The notes beneath the pieces are model-generated. The model worked only from the letters and a program-made list of their open reading frames with translations, was not told where the DNA came from and made no database searches. A stretch of 64,000 nucleotides of DNA from Patescibacteria group bacterium (GTDB lineage: Bacteria; Patescibacteriota; Minisyncoccia; Phycocordibacterales; SBAW01), in the NCBI GenBank assembly GCA_028871115.1, contig JAGWOD010000003.1, forward strand, positions 103-64,102, in the 5' to 3' direction. How positions within the stretch are numbered: the stretch's first letter is position 1; the number at the start of each line of letters is the position of its first letter. Shown in pieces: positions 1 through 10,141 of this stretch. The translations under genes and the position numbers were made by a program.

Positions 1-242
1 TGCGCGTAGTGGCGACTCGGAGTCCAATACTCAGAGTGGTGAAGTGCAATCGTGATGCCACGTGCCTTCTCTTCAGGAGCATTGTCGATGCCGTCGACTC
101 CCTCAACGCGCGCTCCATAGCCTTGGTCCTTCGCCATGTCGAGCGTGTGGAGAATGCTCGCAGTGAGCGTGGTCTTGCCGTGGTCGACGTGACCAATGGT
201 GCCGACGTTGATGTGCGGCTTTGCCCGTTCAAATGTTGCCAT
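1..242 (-). CDS. tuf: Elongation factor Tu, N-terminal part (runs off the window)
   Basis: Manual translation from ATG at 242: [27 protein letters not shown]...[10 protein letters not shown]. Has the EF-Tu G1 and switch I motifs. Not in the ORF track because it is truncated. Confidence 0.97.
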   Translation of the reverse strand, partial: MATFERAKPHINVGTIGHVDHGKTTLTASILHTLDMAKDQGYGARVEGVDGIDNAPEEKARGITIALHHSEYWTPSRHYA

Positions 243-429
243 ATTAATTTAAAACTAATGCCTACTAATTTATAATTGCCGCCCGTTTCCTACCCGCAGA
301 GAACCGCGTGAAAGAAAAAACCCGCAATGAATGCGTTAGGGAAACTATATATGAGGCTATAAAAAGAAGCAACTCTTTGGACGTGGTACAACATAAAGAT
401 ACACTTGATATGTATCTAATTGAAGGAAT

Positions 430-458
430 AAAAGAAGGCGCGGACATCAGTCCGCGCC
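430..458 (-). terminator. Intrinsic terminator downstream of the lipoprotein gene
   Basis: GGCGCGGAC-TGAT-GTCCGCGCC followed by TTCTTTT on the minus strand. Confidence 0.75.
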
Positions 459-488
459 ATAACTTCTCTCTTGATTGCTAGTTCCTGG

Positions 489-1172
489 CTATTGGAAAAG
501 TTTTGAGATCTTCTCCTCCAACTGCCAAAAGATCTTTCCGCGCCAATTCTCAGTGCCCTGTGGCGCAGTGAACACCCATCGATCTGTCCAGGCGTTCTGG
601 TCGCCGGTGCGGATCAAAACGTCGACGACCAAGACATGCTCCGCGCTTGCCGGAGTGTCACCCTCTTGTTGGAGTGTGAGAACGCCAGCGGCGACTTTGC
701 TGCCGGGCTGAAGCCATGATGCCGTCCGCATCGTCGACCAATCCTGAAGCGAGGTCGGGATGTTGACGTCACTGCCGTAGCCAGCTGCACGGAAGGCCTT
801 AATCTCCGTTGGTGTAGCGAATCCGATATTACTTAGATCCACTTCCAGCAGAGCGGGGCATGAAGCTGTCATCGGATTTTCACCGAACCAACCTCCGAGC
901 ACTTTCGCCTTCCGCCCTTGAGCGGCAAGTGTGTCCTTGAGATCCCCCTGCAGGCCCAGCTTGAGGTCCGTGTTCTTGGTGTAGTTCTTGGTCGTATAGA
1001 TACAGACCTCACCCATATTCTTCAGCGACGCCGAGGGAGTGGCAGTTCCCAGATAGGAAACCTGTTCGCTGGATTGGAGAGTGATATTCGAACTCTTCTC
1101 CAGATTCCAGGTGCCGCAGCCAGACAGCGTAGCCATCGCGAATGCGATGAAACAGAAACGCGCAAAGCGCAT
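489..1172 (-). CDS. Predicted lipoprotein of unknown function
   Basis: MRFARFCFIAFAMATLSGC gives a signal peptide with lipobox LSGC. SD AGAAGGAG lies upstream of ATG 1172. Promoter TTGACT-18-TATAAT at about 1260-1231. Confidence 0.75.
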   Translation of the reverse strand: MRFARFCFIAFAMATLSGCGTWNLEKSSNITLQSSEQVSYLGTATPSASLKNMGEVCIYTTKNYTKNTDLKLGLQGDLKDTLAAQGRKAKVLGGWFGENPMTASCPALLEVDLSNIGFATPTEIKAFRAAGYGSDVNIPTSLQDWSTMRTASWLQPGSKVAAGVLTLQQEGDTPASAEHVLVVDVLIRTGDQNAWTDRWVFTAPQGTENWRGKIFWQLEEKISKLFQ

Positions 1173-1330
1173 GACCAACTCTCCTTCTCTAAGTGGCTAG
1201 AGTATCGAATGGCAATGACCGACTGATAAAATTATATCACACTAAATACACAAAAGTCAAGACCCAATATAGCCCAATTTATCAAGCTATATTGAGCCTA
1301 ACTATATTTTAGAAGTGACCACCATAAACA

Positions 1331-2347
1331 CTAAATTTCATTAAATTGCGGATTTATATGGCAGGTGACTGATAGCCGTGAGGAAACGACCTTGCCATTC
1401 ATGCACGAAAGCGTATAGGTGGTAGCTGCTTGGAGGGATGGAGAATTGTAATTTCCACTTGGAATTGATGCGCTCTCAGGAAGGCTCGAATCGTTTCCAT
1501 TACTTGAAAGCGTACAGGAAGTTGCGTTTTGGACAGTCCAACTTACAGTGCATGCACTTCCAGGATTTACTAGCGTAGGTTCTTCAGAAATAGAAATGGT
1601 TGGTGCTATGCAACTTGAATCAGAAGGAGAAACAGCGGGACATGAGCCATTGCATTCATAAGTTGCCTGGTTCGTCATACCACATGAGTTTGGAGTAGAT
1701 GAACAAGCGCTTCCACTTACAGAGTTGCAACTACCTCCTGAAACTGTTGACCCCTGGCATTGGCCATTGCTTGTACATGAGGTATTGCTGGGACACAAAA
1801 GTTCAGCATGGCCGGCAGATGCGCAACTTATATAACCTTGCGGTATACACTCCTTAGTATCTGGATCAAGATTATAACCAGTAGGACAGGTATAGGTGGA
1901 GCCCGCTTGACCCTGTCGCGTTAATGTATTTGCTTGTATGGCCGCTTGAGTGTTAGCTGGAGGAGCACTATTGTTGTTGCTACCCCCACCACAACCCGAA
2001 TAGGGATAAACGTCCGATCCTGAAAGACATGTGGACGCTGTTCCTAGTGATAAAAGCGTATCAGCAACGCCAAAATCTTCAACTAGAGAAAATCCTACTG
2101 CGCCATCTATGCTACTTGTGATGCTGGCAATTGTCCCTGCTACTGATGCATACGTGTCTGCCATTCCTACCGCAGCTGCAACCGGAGCTAAGGCCCCCAA
2201 GGAAATAGCCACTGCCGCTATCGTGGTAATAATAGAAAAAATGGGACTTCCAAAAATCCCTCCCTTAGCTTCGGCAATTTGTAAGGGTACAAGTGCTTCA
2301 GTTAGCCAGAGGAGAAAAAACCAGAAGGATCTTTTTATTTTTTTCAT
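1331..2347 (-). CDS. Cys-rich secreted/surface protein with a C-terminal Ig/PKD-like segment
   Basis: 338 aa with a signal peptide (..AEA), a hydrophobic segment and 18 Cys in an S/T/G-rich region. The C-terminal TVSWTVQNATSCTLS...TTYTLSC has a beta-sandwich-like pattern. Confidence 0.7.
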   Translation of the reverse strand: MKKIKRSFWFFLLWLTEALVPLQIAEAKGGIFGSPIFSIITTIAAVAISLGALAPVAAAVGMADTYASVAGTIASITSSIDGAVGFSLVEDFGVADTLLSLGTASTCLSGSDVYPYSGCGGGSNNNSAPPANTQAAIQANTLTRQGQAGSTYTCPTGYNLDPDTKECIPQGYISCASAGHAELLCPSNTSCTSNGQCQGSTVSGGSCNSVSGSACSSTPNSCGMTNQATYECNGSCPAVSPSDSSCIAPTISISEEPTLVNPGSACTVSWTVQNATSCTLSSNGNDSSLPESASIPSGNYNSPSLQAATTYTLSCMNGKVVSSRLSVTCHINPQFNEI

Positions 2348-2379
2348 GTCACTCGCGGCCTGTTTTCAAATTCTCTGAG

Positions 2380-2637
2380 TCAGAAAAAATAGGGTATGTG
2401 CGCACCTCGCAAAGCTGCGAGGTGTAAAACATATGCAGAAATTGCCCCGAGCACAATGGCCCACGCTAAAAGAAAAGTGCCTTCGCGTCGAGTCTCTCGA
2501 TTAAATATAAAGAAAAGAGAGTAGACGACTGTGGCAAGGGGCGACGCAAAAAACGAGAAGACAATGCCAGCAATGAAAATTTTCTTTGAAGAAACTTTCG
2601 CGCTTCCAAAACGAGAAGAAGTCTGGGATGGGGGCAT
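2380..2637 (-). CDS. Small membrane protein (2-3 TM)
   Basis: Hydrophobic ORF co-oriented with its neighbours. The start is probably MPPSQ at 2637 (track start 2670). Confidence 0.55.
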   Translation of the reverse strand: MPPSQTSSRFGSAKVSSKKIFIAGIVFSFFASPLATVVYSLFFIFNRETRREGTFLLAWAIVLGAISAYVLHLAALRGAHIPYFF

Positions 2638-2712
2638 AAAATTTAGAAAGGAATAAAGAGCTATTTTCAATGGTAACCTGCTCTATTTTAAAGGAAACTT
2701 TGTTATCAACAG

Positions 2713-4221
2713 TTATTTATAGGTGTATTCCGACCAAGAAGAACTGCGAGGAATCCCCTGAGGGGAATAAAAGACCTTGCCGTTTGGCCATACGAGTCCT
2801 GGGTTTTCGCCTGCGCCAGAAACTACAATGGGCAAACTGGTATATATAGATTCAAGCTCTCGTATGTGCATCTCGAACGTCAGATATATGGAGCGACCTT
2901 GTGGCAACCACACATTACTGCCGTCGTAAATGATAAGGTGAACTCCCTGTGATCGCCATTGGGAATATAAATAGGGGAAATGCCCTTCGAGACATATTAG
3001 TACGCCAGCAGATACTCCGTTTATCGAAAGCGGAGGTTGCACCATAGCACCATTGCTAAAGGGGCCCGTTGGATTATCTGCGATGAACGCTTCTTGTTGT
3101 GTCGCCTTTGGCAGAAGCCCGAGCTCCCAATGCCAATAAAATGGAAGCCAGTGACCGAACGGCCAGTATTCGCTCACAATAGTAAGAAGCCGCTTGTTAT
3201 AGATACCCGTGAAGTTCCCGTTTTTATCTATCTCAATAGTTGAGATGTATTTTTTTCCATTAGTTTGGAAAGTAACGAGGGTAGCGAGAATAGAAACATG
3301 ATGGACAAGCGCAAATGCAGAGTATTCCTCAAGAAGCGGTCCTGAATTTGTGACTCCGATCTGCTCCTGCGCTTTCGCGAAGGGTACGCCAGGCAGACGC
3401 ACGTCTATCATTTCTTCAGGAAACACGACAACATCCGGATGCTCCCGATCGACTGCCTCCCCTATCGGAGCAAGAAGCGCTTGGATGACCGTTTCAAGTT
3501 GCGCCCGACCCTCAGGAGTCTCTACGGTTGTCGGGATATCGAGTTTCGTAGCAGAAATGGCAAAACTGTCGCCGGTCGCGATTGTCATAACTCGAAGCGG
3601 CAAGGAAGTGGTTTTTGGAGCAAGAACTTGCACAGAGAGACCGAGAACAAGAAGGATACAGAGTGCGCTCAATGCCTGAAGGGTGGCAAGACGCTTTCCT
3701 TCAAGATCGCTCAAAACCACATCGGCAAGAGCACCATTGAGGAGCGCCACAAAGAGTGTCGTGGAGAAGAGGCCTCCGAAAAGAGCGGTGAACTGGAAGG
3801 GAGTGCCCGCGAGAGGAATGCCTGACATGATGAGGTACGCAGGTAGAAAGGAGAAGTTTCCTGCGAAGTACTCTCCCGCCGTAAGCGCGAGTGCAAGAAG
3901 CGCGAAGAACCAGGGGCGGCTTCTTACAAACCGTTTACAGAAAAGAAGGCAGAGACCGAAGATAATAAGCCAGAGGAGCGCGCCGGTTGAAAGCAGAATC
4001 GGATCAAAGATAAAGATGATGGCGAGCGTGGCGTAGATAATGCAATAGATATAGGCACCAAGGAGCAGCCGCCACCATTTCTTCTCTTCCCAGAGAAATA
4101 TGAAAAGAGGAACAATCGATATAAATGCGAGAGGCCAGAATGAAATCGGAGGAAACGCCAAATAATGAAGAACCCCTCCGGCCGCAGGAAGCCAGAAGGA
4201 GTTTTTGGCGAATTTACGCAT
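2713..4221 (-). CDS. lnt: Apolipoprotein N-acyltransferase (Lnt-like, nitrilase fold)
   Basis: N-terminal LAFPP..WPLAFISIVPL TM bundle. Nitrilase triad motifs VVFPEE, YNKRLL and ICLEG. Start set at 4221 (TATACT 6 nt upstream). Confidence 0.85.
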   Translation of the reverse strand: MRKFAKNSFWLPAAGGVLHYLAFPPISFWPLAFISIVPLFIFLWEEKKWWRLLLGAYIYCIIYATLAIIFIFDPILLSTGALLWLIIFGLCLLFCKRFVRSRPWFFALLALALTAGEYFAGNFSFLPAYLIMSGIPLAGTPFQFTALFGGLFSTTLFVALLNGALADVVLSDLEGKRLATLQALSALCILLVLGLSVQVLAPKTTSLPLRVMTIATGDSFAISATKLDIPTTVETPEGRAQLETVIQALLAPIGEAVDREHPDVVVFPEEMIDVRLPGVPFAKAQEQIGVTNSGPLLEEYSAFALVHHVSILATLVTFQTNGKKYISTIEIDKNGNFTGIYNKRLLTIVSEYWPFGHWLPFYWHWELGLLPKATQQEAFIADNPTGPFSNGAMVQPPLSINGVSAGVLICLEGHFPYLYSQWRSQGVHLIIYDGSNVWLPQGRSIYLTFEMHIRELESIYTSLPIVVSGAGENPGLVWPNGKVFYSPQGIPRSSSWSEYTYK

Positions 4222-4267
4222 GAGCCCAGTATACGGCAGCAAACTCAGCGCCTGAGGCAGGGAGTTT

Positions 4268-6412
4268 TTATTTTCGTGCAGCGATAATCGTCTGTGCGAC
4301 GTTTGGAGGAACGACCTCGTAATGATCAAACTCCATGGTAAAGGATGCGCGTCCTTCGGTCATTGATCGCAGCTGAGTCGTATAGCCGAACATCTCGGAG
4401 AGTGGCACCTTTGCGCGAATAGCGCGCGCGAGGCCTCTCTCCTCCATTCCTTCGATCTGCCCGCGCTTGGAGTTAAGGGATCCCGTGATGTCACCCATGA
4501 ATTTCTCCGGTGTGACAACCTCAACTTTCATGATGGGCTCAAGAAGCACTGGCTTAGCAGCTTTTGCAGCATCCTGGAACGCCATCGAAGCCGCTATCTT
4601 GAAGGCAATCTCAGAGGAGTCGACGTCGTGGTAAGAACCGTCGTAGAGCTCACAAGAGATGTCGACCATCTTGTAGCCCGCGACAATGCCGCGCTCCATT
4701 GCTTCGCGCACCCCTTTCTCGACTGGGGCGATGAATTCCTGGGGCACTACGCCGCCCTTGATGCTATCGATAAATTCAAAATGGTCCTCGCGAGTAACAT
4801 TCTTGGCGATCTTTTTTCCCTCGACGAGAGGTTGGAGCGGCTTCAGGCGCAGGCGTACGTGTCCATACTGACCACGACCGCCGGTCTGCTTGATATATTT
4901 GCCTTCAGCTTCCGCTTCTTTCTGTATGGTCTCGCGATAGGCGACCTGCGGCTTGCCGACATTTGCTTCGACAGTAAATTCGCGCTTCATGCGGTCGACG
5001 ATGATTTCGAGGTGGAGTTCACCCATGCCTGAAATGAGCGTTTCCGCAGTCTCGGCATCGGTCGTTACTTTAAAGGTTGGATCTTCATCAGAGAGTTTCT
5101 TGAGCGCCATGCCCATTTTCTCCTGGTCGGCCTTGGTTTTGGGTTCGATACGCAGGGAGATGACCGGCTCCGGGAATTTTATTTGCTCAAGCACAATGGG
5201 ATTTGCATCATCGCAGAGCGTATGGGAGGTCTTCGTGTCCTTAAGACCGACCGCTGCGGCAATTTCACCCGCATAAACTTTTTTCACCTCTTCGCGCTGG
5301 TCGGCTTGGAGACGAACAATGCGGCCGAGACGCTCTTTGGTGCCGGTGGTTGCATTGTAGAGATAAGAACCTGACTCGATGGTTCCGGAATAGACGCGGA
5401 AGAAGGTCAGCTGTCCTACGAATGGGTCGGCTTGAAGTTTAAAAGCGAGCGCGCAGAAGGGCTCCGCGTCGGAGGCATGGCGTATGACCTCCTCTCCTGT
5501 CTTGGGATTAATGCCTTTCACAGGCGGAAGTTCAAGTGGCGAAGGGAGATAGTCGACGACAGCGTCGAGCACGAGCTGCACGCCTTTGTTCTTGAGCGAA
5601 GAGCCCGTGTAGACCGGAAATATCTTGTTGGCGATGATCGCTTTGCGCAGAGTAGCTTTGAGTTCCGCAAGCGAAGGCTCCTTTCCATCAAGATAGCTTG
5701 TCATGAGCACGTCGTCGTGCTCGACAATCTTCTCAATGAGCTGCGCGCGGTACATGGCGGCATCGCTCTTGTGGCTTTCTGGGATCTCCATTTCGACGAC
5801 ATCCTTACCCATCTCGCCCTCGAATTTGTAGGCCTTCATCTTGAGAAGATCAATGACACCCGAAAAATTCTCCTCCGAACCAATCGGGAGCTGCATGCGC
5901 ACGGCGTTCTTGTTGAGACGGTCGAGAATACTCTGGAATGATTTATCGAACGAGGCACCCATGCGGTCGAGCTTGTTAATGAAGCAGATGCGGGGAACAC
6001 TCGCCTCGTCGGCGTAGCGCCAGTTAGTCTCCGACTGCGGCTCCACGCCCGCTACACCGTCGAATACGACGATCGCGCCGTCGAGGACTCGCATAGAGCG
6101 CTTCACCTCTACCGTGAAATCAATATGGCCCGGCGTGTCGATGATATTGAAGCGGTATTTATTCTCCTTCTTATTCTCCGTATCAGTCTTGTTCCAGAAA
6201 CAGGTGATGGCTGCCGCGGTGATGGTGATGCCACGCTCTCTCTCCTGCTCCATCCAGTCGGTCGTCGTCTCGCCTTCATGGACCTCCCCTATCTTGTGCT
6301 GGGATCCGGTATAGAAAAGGATGCGCTCCGACGTTGTCGTCTTTCCCGCATCGATATGCGCAATTATTCCGAAGTTTCGGACCCGTTCAAGTGGATAGTC
6401 TCTTCCTGGCAT
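4268..6412 (-). CDS. fusA: Elongation factor G
   Basis: [21 protein letters not shown] and NKLD motifs, with domain [15 protein letters not shown]. Confidence 0.99.
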   Translation of the reverse strand: MPGRDYPLERVRNFGIIAHIDAGKTTTSERILFYTGSQHKIGEVHEGETTTDWMEQERERGITITAAAITCFWNKTDTENKKENKYRFNIIDTPGHIDFTVEVKRSMRVLDGAIVVFDGVAGVEPQSETNWRYADEASVPRICFINKLDRMGASFDKSFQSILDRLNKNAVRMQLPIGSEENFSGVIDLLKMKAYKFEGEMGKDVVEMEIPESHKSDAAMYRAQLIEKIVEHDDVLMTSYLDGKEPSLAELKATLRKAIIANKIFPVYTGSSLKNKGVQLVLDAVVDYLPSPLELPPVKGINPKTGEEVIRHASDAEPFCALAFKLQADPFVGQLTFFRVYSGTIESGSYLYNATTGTKERLGRIVRLQADQREEVKKVYAGEIAAAVGLKDTKTSHTLCDDANPIVLEQIKFPEPVISLRIEPKTKADQEKMGMALKKLSDEDPTFKVTTDAETAETLISGMGELHLEIIVDRMKREFTVEANVGKPQVAYRETIQKEAEAEGKYIKQTGGRGQYGHVRLRLKPLQPLVEGKKIAKNVTREDHFEFIDSIKGGVVPQEFIAPVEKGVREAMERGIVAGYKMVDISCELYDGSYHDVDSSEIAFKIAASMAFQDAAKAAKPVLLEPIMKVEVVTPEKFMGDITGSLNSKRGQIEGMEERGLARAIRAKVPLSEMFGYTTQLRSMTEGRASFTMEFDHYEVVPPNVAQTIIAARK

Positions 6413-6448
6413 AAATAACAAAGTAGATAAACCGAATCAAAACACACA

Positions 6449-6916
6449 TTACCAAGCGAAGTGGGCAAACGCCTTGTTTGCTTCCGCCATCTTGTGCGTG
6501 TCCTCACGCTTTTTCACCGCTGAGCCTTGATTGTTGGATGCGGCAATGAGCTCCTCAGCAAGACGCTTATGCATGGGCATGCCTTTGCGTGCACGAGCAG
6601 CATCAATCATCCAACGATACGCGAGAGACTGACGCCGTTCCGGACGCACCTCACGGGGCACTTGGTAGTTAGCGCCACCCACTCGACGTGAGCGAATTTC
6701 CATATTGGGAGAAACATTGCGAAGCGCCGCCTCGAACACTTCGAGCGGTTCCTGCTTTGTTTTTTCTTTCACCTCCTCGAGGGCCGCGTAGACTACTTTG
6801 CGTGCGGTATCTTTTTGCCCCCACTGCATGATGTAATTGATAAACTTCTCGAGCTTGACCGAGTTGTACTTGAGATCCGGTTCGACAATATGTTTGCGTT
6901 TGATGGGTCGGCGCAT
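6449..6916 (-). CDS. rpsG: 30S ribosomal protein S7
   Basis: [11 protein letters not shown] and [13 protein letters not shown] motifs. Confidence 0.99.
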   Translation of the reverse strand: MRRPIKRKHIVEPDLKYNSVKLEKFINYIMQWGQKDTARKVVYAALEEVKEKTKQEPLEVFEAALRNVSPNMEIRSRRVGGANYQVPREVRPERRQSLAYRWMIDAARARKGMPMHKRLAEELIAASNNQGSAVKKREDTHKMAEANKAFAHFAW

Positions 6917-6922
6917 ACGAAA

Positions 6923-7330
6923 TTATTTAGACTGCTTCACACCATAGCGGGAACGCGATACTTTGCGTTTTTCAACGCCCGTAGCATCGAGTTTGCCGCG
7001 CACGATCTGATAGCGAACATTGATGTCTTTCACGCGACCCGCACGCACGAGTACCACAGAGTGCTCCTGGAGATTATGCCCTTCCCCGGGAATGTAGGCG
7101 ATAACTTCCTGCCCGTTCGTAAGGCGCACGCGGGCAATTTTGCGGATAGCTGAGTTCGGTTTGCGAGGAGTGGTGGTAGTTACTTTGATGCATACGCCTC
7201 GTTTGAAAGGCGAAGGATAGAGGACGGGTCGGTTCTCCAAATAGTTAAAACCGCGCTCCAGTGCTGGCGCTTTTGATTTATAGGTCCGCTGTTTGCGACC
7301 CTTGCGAACGAGTTGCGAGATACGTGCCAT
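6923..7330 (-). CDS. rpsL: 30S ribosomal protein S12
   Basis: [11 protein letters not shown] and [13 protein letters not shown] motifs. Confidence 0.99.
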   Translation of the reverse strand: MARISQLVRKGRKQRTYKSKAPALERGFNYLENRPVLYPSPFKRGVCIKVTTTTPRKPNSAIRKIARVRLTNGQEVIAYIPGEGHNLQEHSVVLVRAGRVKDINVRYQIVRGKLDATGVEKRKVSRSRYGVKQSK

Positions 7331-7409
7331 GGGTACAAATGAAAAACGCGCGAACGCGTCGGCCTCACTCTACTACAGGCTCACCCTCCCCGCAACCATT
7401 CTGGTACAT

Positions 7410-7445
7410 AAAACAAAACCGACCATCCGTTCTAGATGGTCGGTT
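7410..7445 (-). terminator. Intrinsic terminator
   Basis: AACCGACCATC/GATGGTCGGTT stem followed by TTGTTTT on the minus strand, just after ORF 7453..7755. Confidence 0.7.
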
Positions 7446-7452
7446 CGGGTCT

Positions 7453-7755
7453 TCAGGAAACGATTTCGGCTTTCTGCCCTGAGATAACAAAGTCAATGCC
7501 GATGAATGTCTTGTCGGGAAGACGCAGGAGTGGATGATTGCCTATGCGGCAGAATTCAACCAAACCATGCGGAGCAGTGCGTCCCGACCCATCCCACCAG
7601 CGATAACGCAGCGGTTCTTTGAGCTTTAGAAATACGCTGCCCACGCCTTGAGCGAATTTTCCACCCTCCATGAGGTGGATACACTCGCCGACGAGACGGA
7701 ATTCGACTTCCCTCGGTCGTTGAAGACCTACGGGAAGGGGTGCAGTGGCATACAT
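7453..7755 (-). CDS. Hypothetical protein (100 aa)
   Basis: The ORF has an upstream TTGCAT-17-TATCCT promoter, an AAGG SD-like site and a downstream terminator. No recognisable motif. Confidence 0.55.
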   Translation of the reverse strand: MYATAPLPVGLQRPREVEFRLVGECIHLMEGGKFAQGVGSVFLKLKEPLRYRWWDGSGRTAPHGLVEFCRIGNHPLLRLPDKTFIGIDFVISGQKAEIVS

Positions 7756-7860
7756 GGGAAACTACCTTGTGAAAGTTGCGGGAGTTGCCTTCAATCTTTT
7801 CCTTGTATTCTTTTTGTCCTCCTAAAAGGAGGATACCACGAATTTTAAAATATGCAAGTC

Positions 7861-8505
7861 CTACAATCCTGTGAGAATATTTATTACATATCCAAGCACT
7901 GAGTAGAAGTAGGGAGCAAAGAGATAGAAGACAAGAAGAATTATGAGCGTGCAGGTAAGTACGCCGAGGCGTTCGAAAGCATGACGGAAACGCTCATATC
8001 CACGCCCAAGAGCTCCCGGAAGAATACCCGCAAGCACCCGTGAGCCATCCATCGGGGGTATAGGAATAAGATTGAAAAGTGCCAAAAGCATATTAAGGAG
8101 CGCTATGGTTGCAAACGCCCCTGCAAGCGGTGGAATCTGCACAGCACCTGCGGGAATAAGTGCCCGGACAGCAAGCCCGAAAATGAGAGCAATGAGAATA
8201 TTAGCGCCCGGTCCCGCAAAAGCAGTGAGTGCTTCGGCATATTTTCCTTGCAGGTTATAGAGGTTGATAGGTACTGGCTTAGCATAGCCAATGAGAATAG
8301 GGGTTGGAGAAAATCCCTGCGCCATCCACATAAGAAAAGGGAGCATAACGCTGCCTACCGGATCTATGTGCGGAAGTGGGTTAAGGGTGAGACGTCCAGC
8401 AAGCTTTGCGGTCGGATCCCCGAGAGCTTTCGCCACGTAACCATGTGCAATCTCATGGAGGATGACGGAGAAGATGAGAACAAGAAAATAAAATATGAAA
8501 TACAT
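7861..8505 (-). CDS. Site-2 protease family (peptidase M50) membrane metalloprotease
   Basis: HEIAH zinc motif, AGPGAN and FNLIPIPPMDG motifs. Confidence 0.93.
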   Translation of the reverse strand: MYFIFYFLVLIFSVILHEIAHGYVAKALGDPTAKLAGRLTLNPLPHIDPVGSVMLPFLMWMAQGFSPTPILIGYAKPVPINLYNLQGKYAEALTAFAGPGANILIALIFGLAVRALIPAGAVQIPPLAGAFATIALLNMLLALFNLIPIPPMDGSRVLAGILPGALGRGYERFRHAFERLGVLTCTLIILLVFYLFAPYFYSVLGYVINILTGL

Positions 8506-8541
8506 TGCCTATTTTGAAAATCATGATACCATATCTCGGCT

Positions 8542-8784
8542 ATGGCGAAGATTTGTCCCGTCACCAAGAAAGGATCCCGCGTCGGCGGTGGGTACAGCAA
8601 CCGCGTGCGCGCAACGAAATTCAATCCGACCGGTTCTGTCCGCCGGCAGCCTAACATGCAGAAAAAGCGCCTCTTTGTGCCTGAACTTAATCGCACCCTC
8701 ACCCTTACACTCTCAACAAAAGCAATCCGCACAATCAATAAGAATGGCGCATACAAGACGCTCAAGGAGGCAGGAGTAATATAA
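8542..8784 (+). CDS. rpmB: 50S ribosomal protein L28
   Basis: MAKICPVTKK...RRQPNMQKKRLFVPEL...LSTKAIRTINKNG. Confidence 0.93.
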   Translation: MAKICPVTKKGSRVGGGYSNRVRATKFNPTGSVRRQPNMQKKRLFVPELNRTLTLTLSTKAIRTINKNGAYKTLKEAGVI

Positions 8785-8800
8785 ATTGAGGAAAAATAAT

Positions 8801-8832
8801 AAAAAACGGCGCACCAATGGATGCGCCGTTTT
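8801..8832. terminator. Bidirectional intrinsic terminator
   Basis: AAAACGGCGCA-CCAATGGA-TGCGCCGTTTT between convergent genes. Confidence 0.75.
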
Positions 8833-8856
8833 GTGTTAAACCCACCCTGAGATGGG

Positions 8857-9366
8857 TCAGAACATGCACAGGAGATGCTTAGAGCCGGTCACCGCGATCT
8901 CCTCGAGCGCGGCATCCAAAATCCGATAGTCGTATTTGAGGAGAACGCCGCGAGCATTTTCGGATGGCTGGAGAATTTTGACTTGCGCCTTAATGCTCCC
9001 GCCAATGGGAATCGTCCGCACGAATCTGAAGGGTCCGCCGCCGAGGTAGATGAGCCGTATGTTGGCCTCAAAAAAAGACCGAAATAGCGGCCGGAGAAGA
9101 TCCGGAAGCATGGAGATAAGATGGTCGCCATGTGCAATCCTGCCAGAAAGAGTCGGCAGAAATTCTCGAGCTGCTTCGTCACTGAGATGCACGGGATTGT
9201 CATCCCCGCTTGCCTCAACATGCGCTCTGCTGCGCCCGTCGGTAACGCAATACGTTTCGTAGTAAGGACCCCAGGCATTGAGAATCACGAGGTCTTGGAT
9301 GATTTGAGGAAGCAACCCTATTTTGGAGTTGGGTTGCGGAAGTGTTTCAGTACTCAACGCTGACAT
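8857..9366 (-). CDS. MaoC/hotdog-fold dehydratase-like protein
   Basis: SGDDNPVHLSDEAA...RIAHG matches the MaoC hydratase-2 motif. Confidence 0.8.
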   Translation of the reverse strand: MSALSTETLPQPNSKIGLLPQIIQDLVILNAWGPYYETYCVTDGRSRAHVEASGDDNPVHLSDEAAREFLPTLSGRIAHGDHLISMLPDLLRPLFRSFFEANIRLIYLGGGPFRFVRTIPIGGSIKAQVKILQPSENARGVLLKYDYRILDAALEEIAVTGSKHLLCMF

Positions 9367-9546
9367 GGGTTCCCCCGTTCTACATGAAAGGTCGACTGGG
9401 AGAAAATAATGCCAAAAAATACAAAAAAGTCAAGAACCCCTTGAATAAGGGAGGGTATATCCACCTACCATTCATATAATAAATACTATTTCGGTTGTAT
9501 TATTTCGATTACAGATTACTCGCTATTCCTCTTATATAGATTTCAT

Positions 9547-10134
9547 ATGCAGTATTCAGAGACAAAGTTCGATCTTCCCTCGCTTGAGGGTCTCTCAAAA
9601 GAATCTGTTGATGCCCATCTCGGGCTCTATAGTGGATATGTAAAAAATTTCAACCAACTCGCAGAGGTGCGTGGCGAACTCATGAGAGATCCTGAGAAGA
9701 ATGCCCACGCTATTGCAGAAATAACGCGTCGCATTTCTTTCGAATTCGACGGCATGCGCTTGCATGAGTACTACTTCTCGCAGTGGGAGAAGGGAGTAAA
9801 AACACTCTCACAAAAAAGCGACTTCGCCGCAGCTCTTGCCAAACAATTCGGTAGTATTTCAGACTGGGAAAAGCAATTTCGCAGTGTGGCCTCCATGCGC
9901 GGGCCCGGATGGGCGATCCTGTATTTTGATCCCCGTGGTAACTTCTTCCACAATGCATGGATCGAGCAGCATCATCAGGGACATTTCGCTACACTTCCCG
10001 TCATTGTGGCACTTGATGTCTGGGAGCATGCCTTCGTAAAGGATTACGGGGTAGCGGGGCGGGGTAAATACATCGAAGCGTGCTTCAAAAACTATAACTG
10101 GAGTGTAATGGAGGAGCGTTTTTCGAGCCTCTAA
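9547..10134 (+). CDS. sod: Fe/Mn superoxide dismutase family protein
   Basis: N-terminal His ligand, HEYYF and DVWEHA motifs. Confidence 0.9.
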   Translation: MQYSETKFDLPSLEGLSKESVDAHLGLYSGYVKNFNQLAEVRGELMRDPEKNAHAIAEITRRISFEFDGMRLHEYYFSQWEKGVKTLSQKSDFAAALAKQFGSISDWEKQFRSVASMRGPGWAILYFDPRGNFFHNAWIEQHHQGHFATLPVIVALDVWEHAFVKDYGVAGRGKYIEACFKNYNWSVMEERFSSL

Positions 10135-10141
10135 ATAGGAT

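Noticed and set aside
283-353. Possible hairpin in the tuf leader (GTTTCCTA...TAGGGAAAC)
   Set aside because: The pairing is short and irregular, which is not enough to call a regulatory RNA without covariation data.
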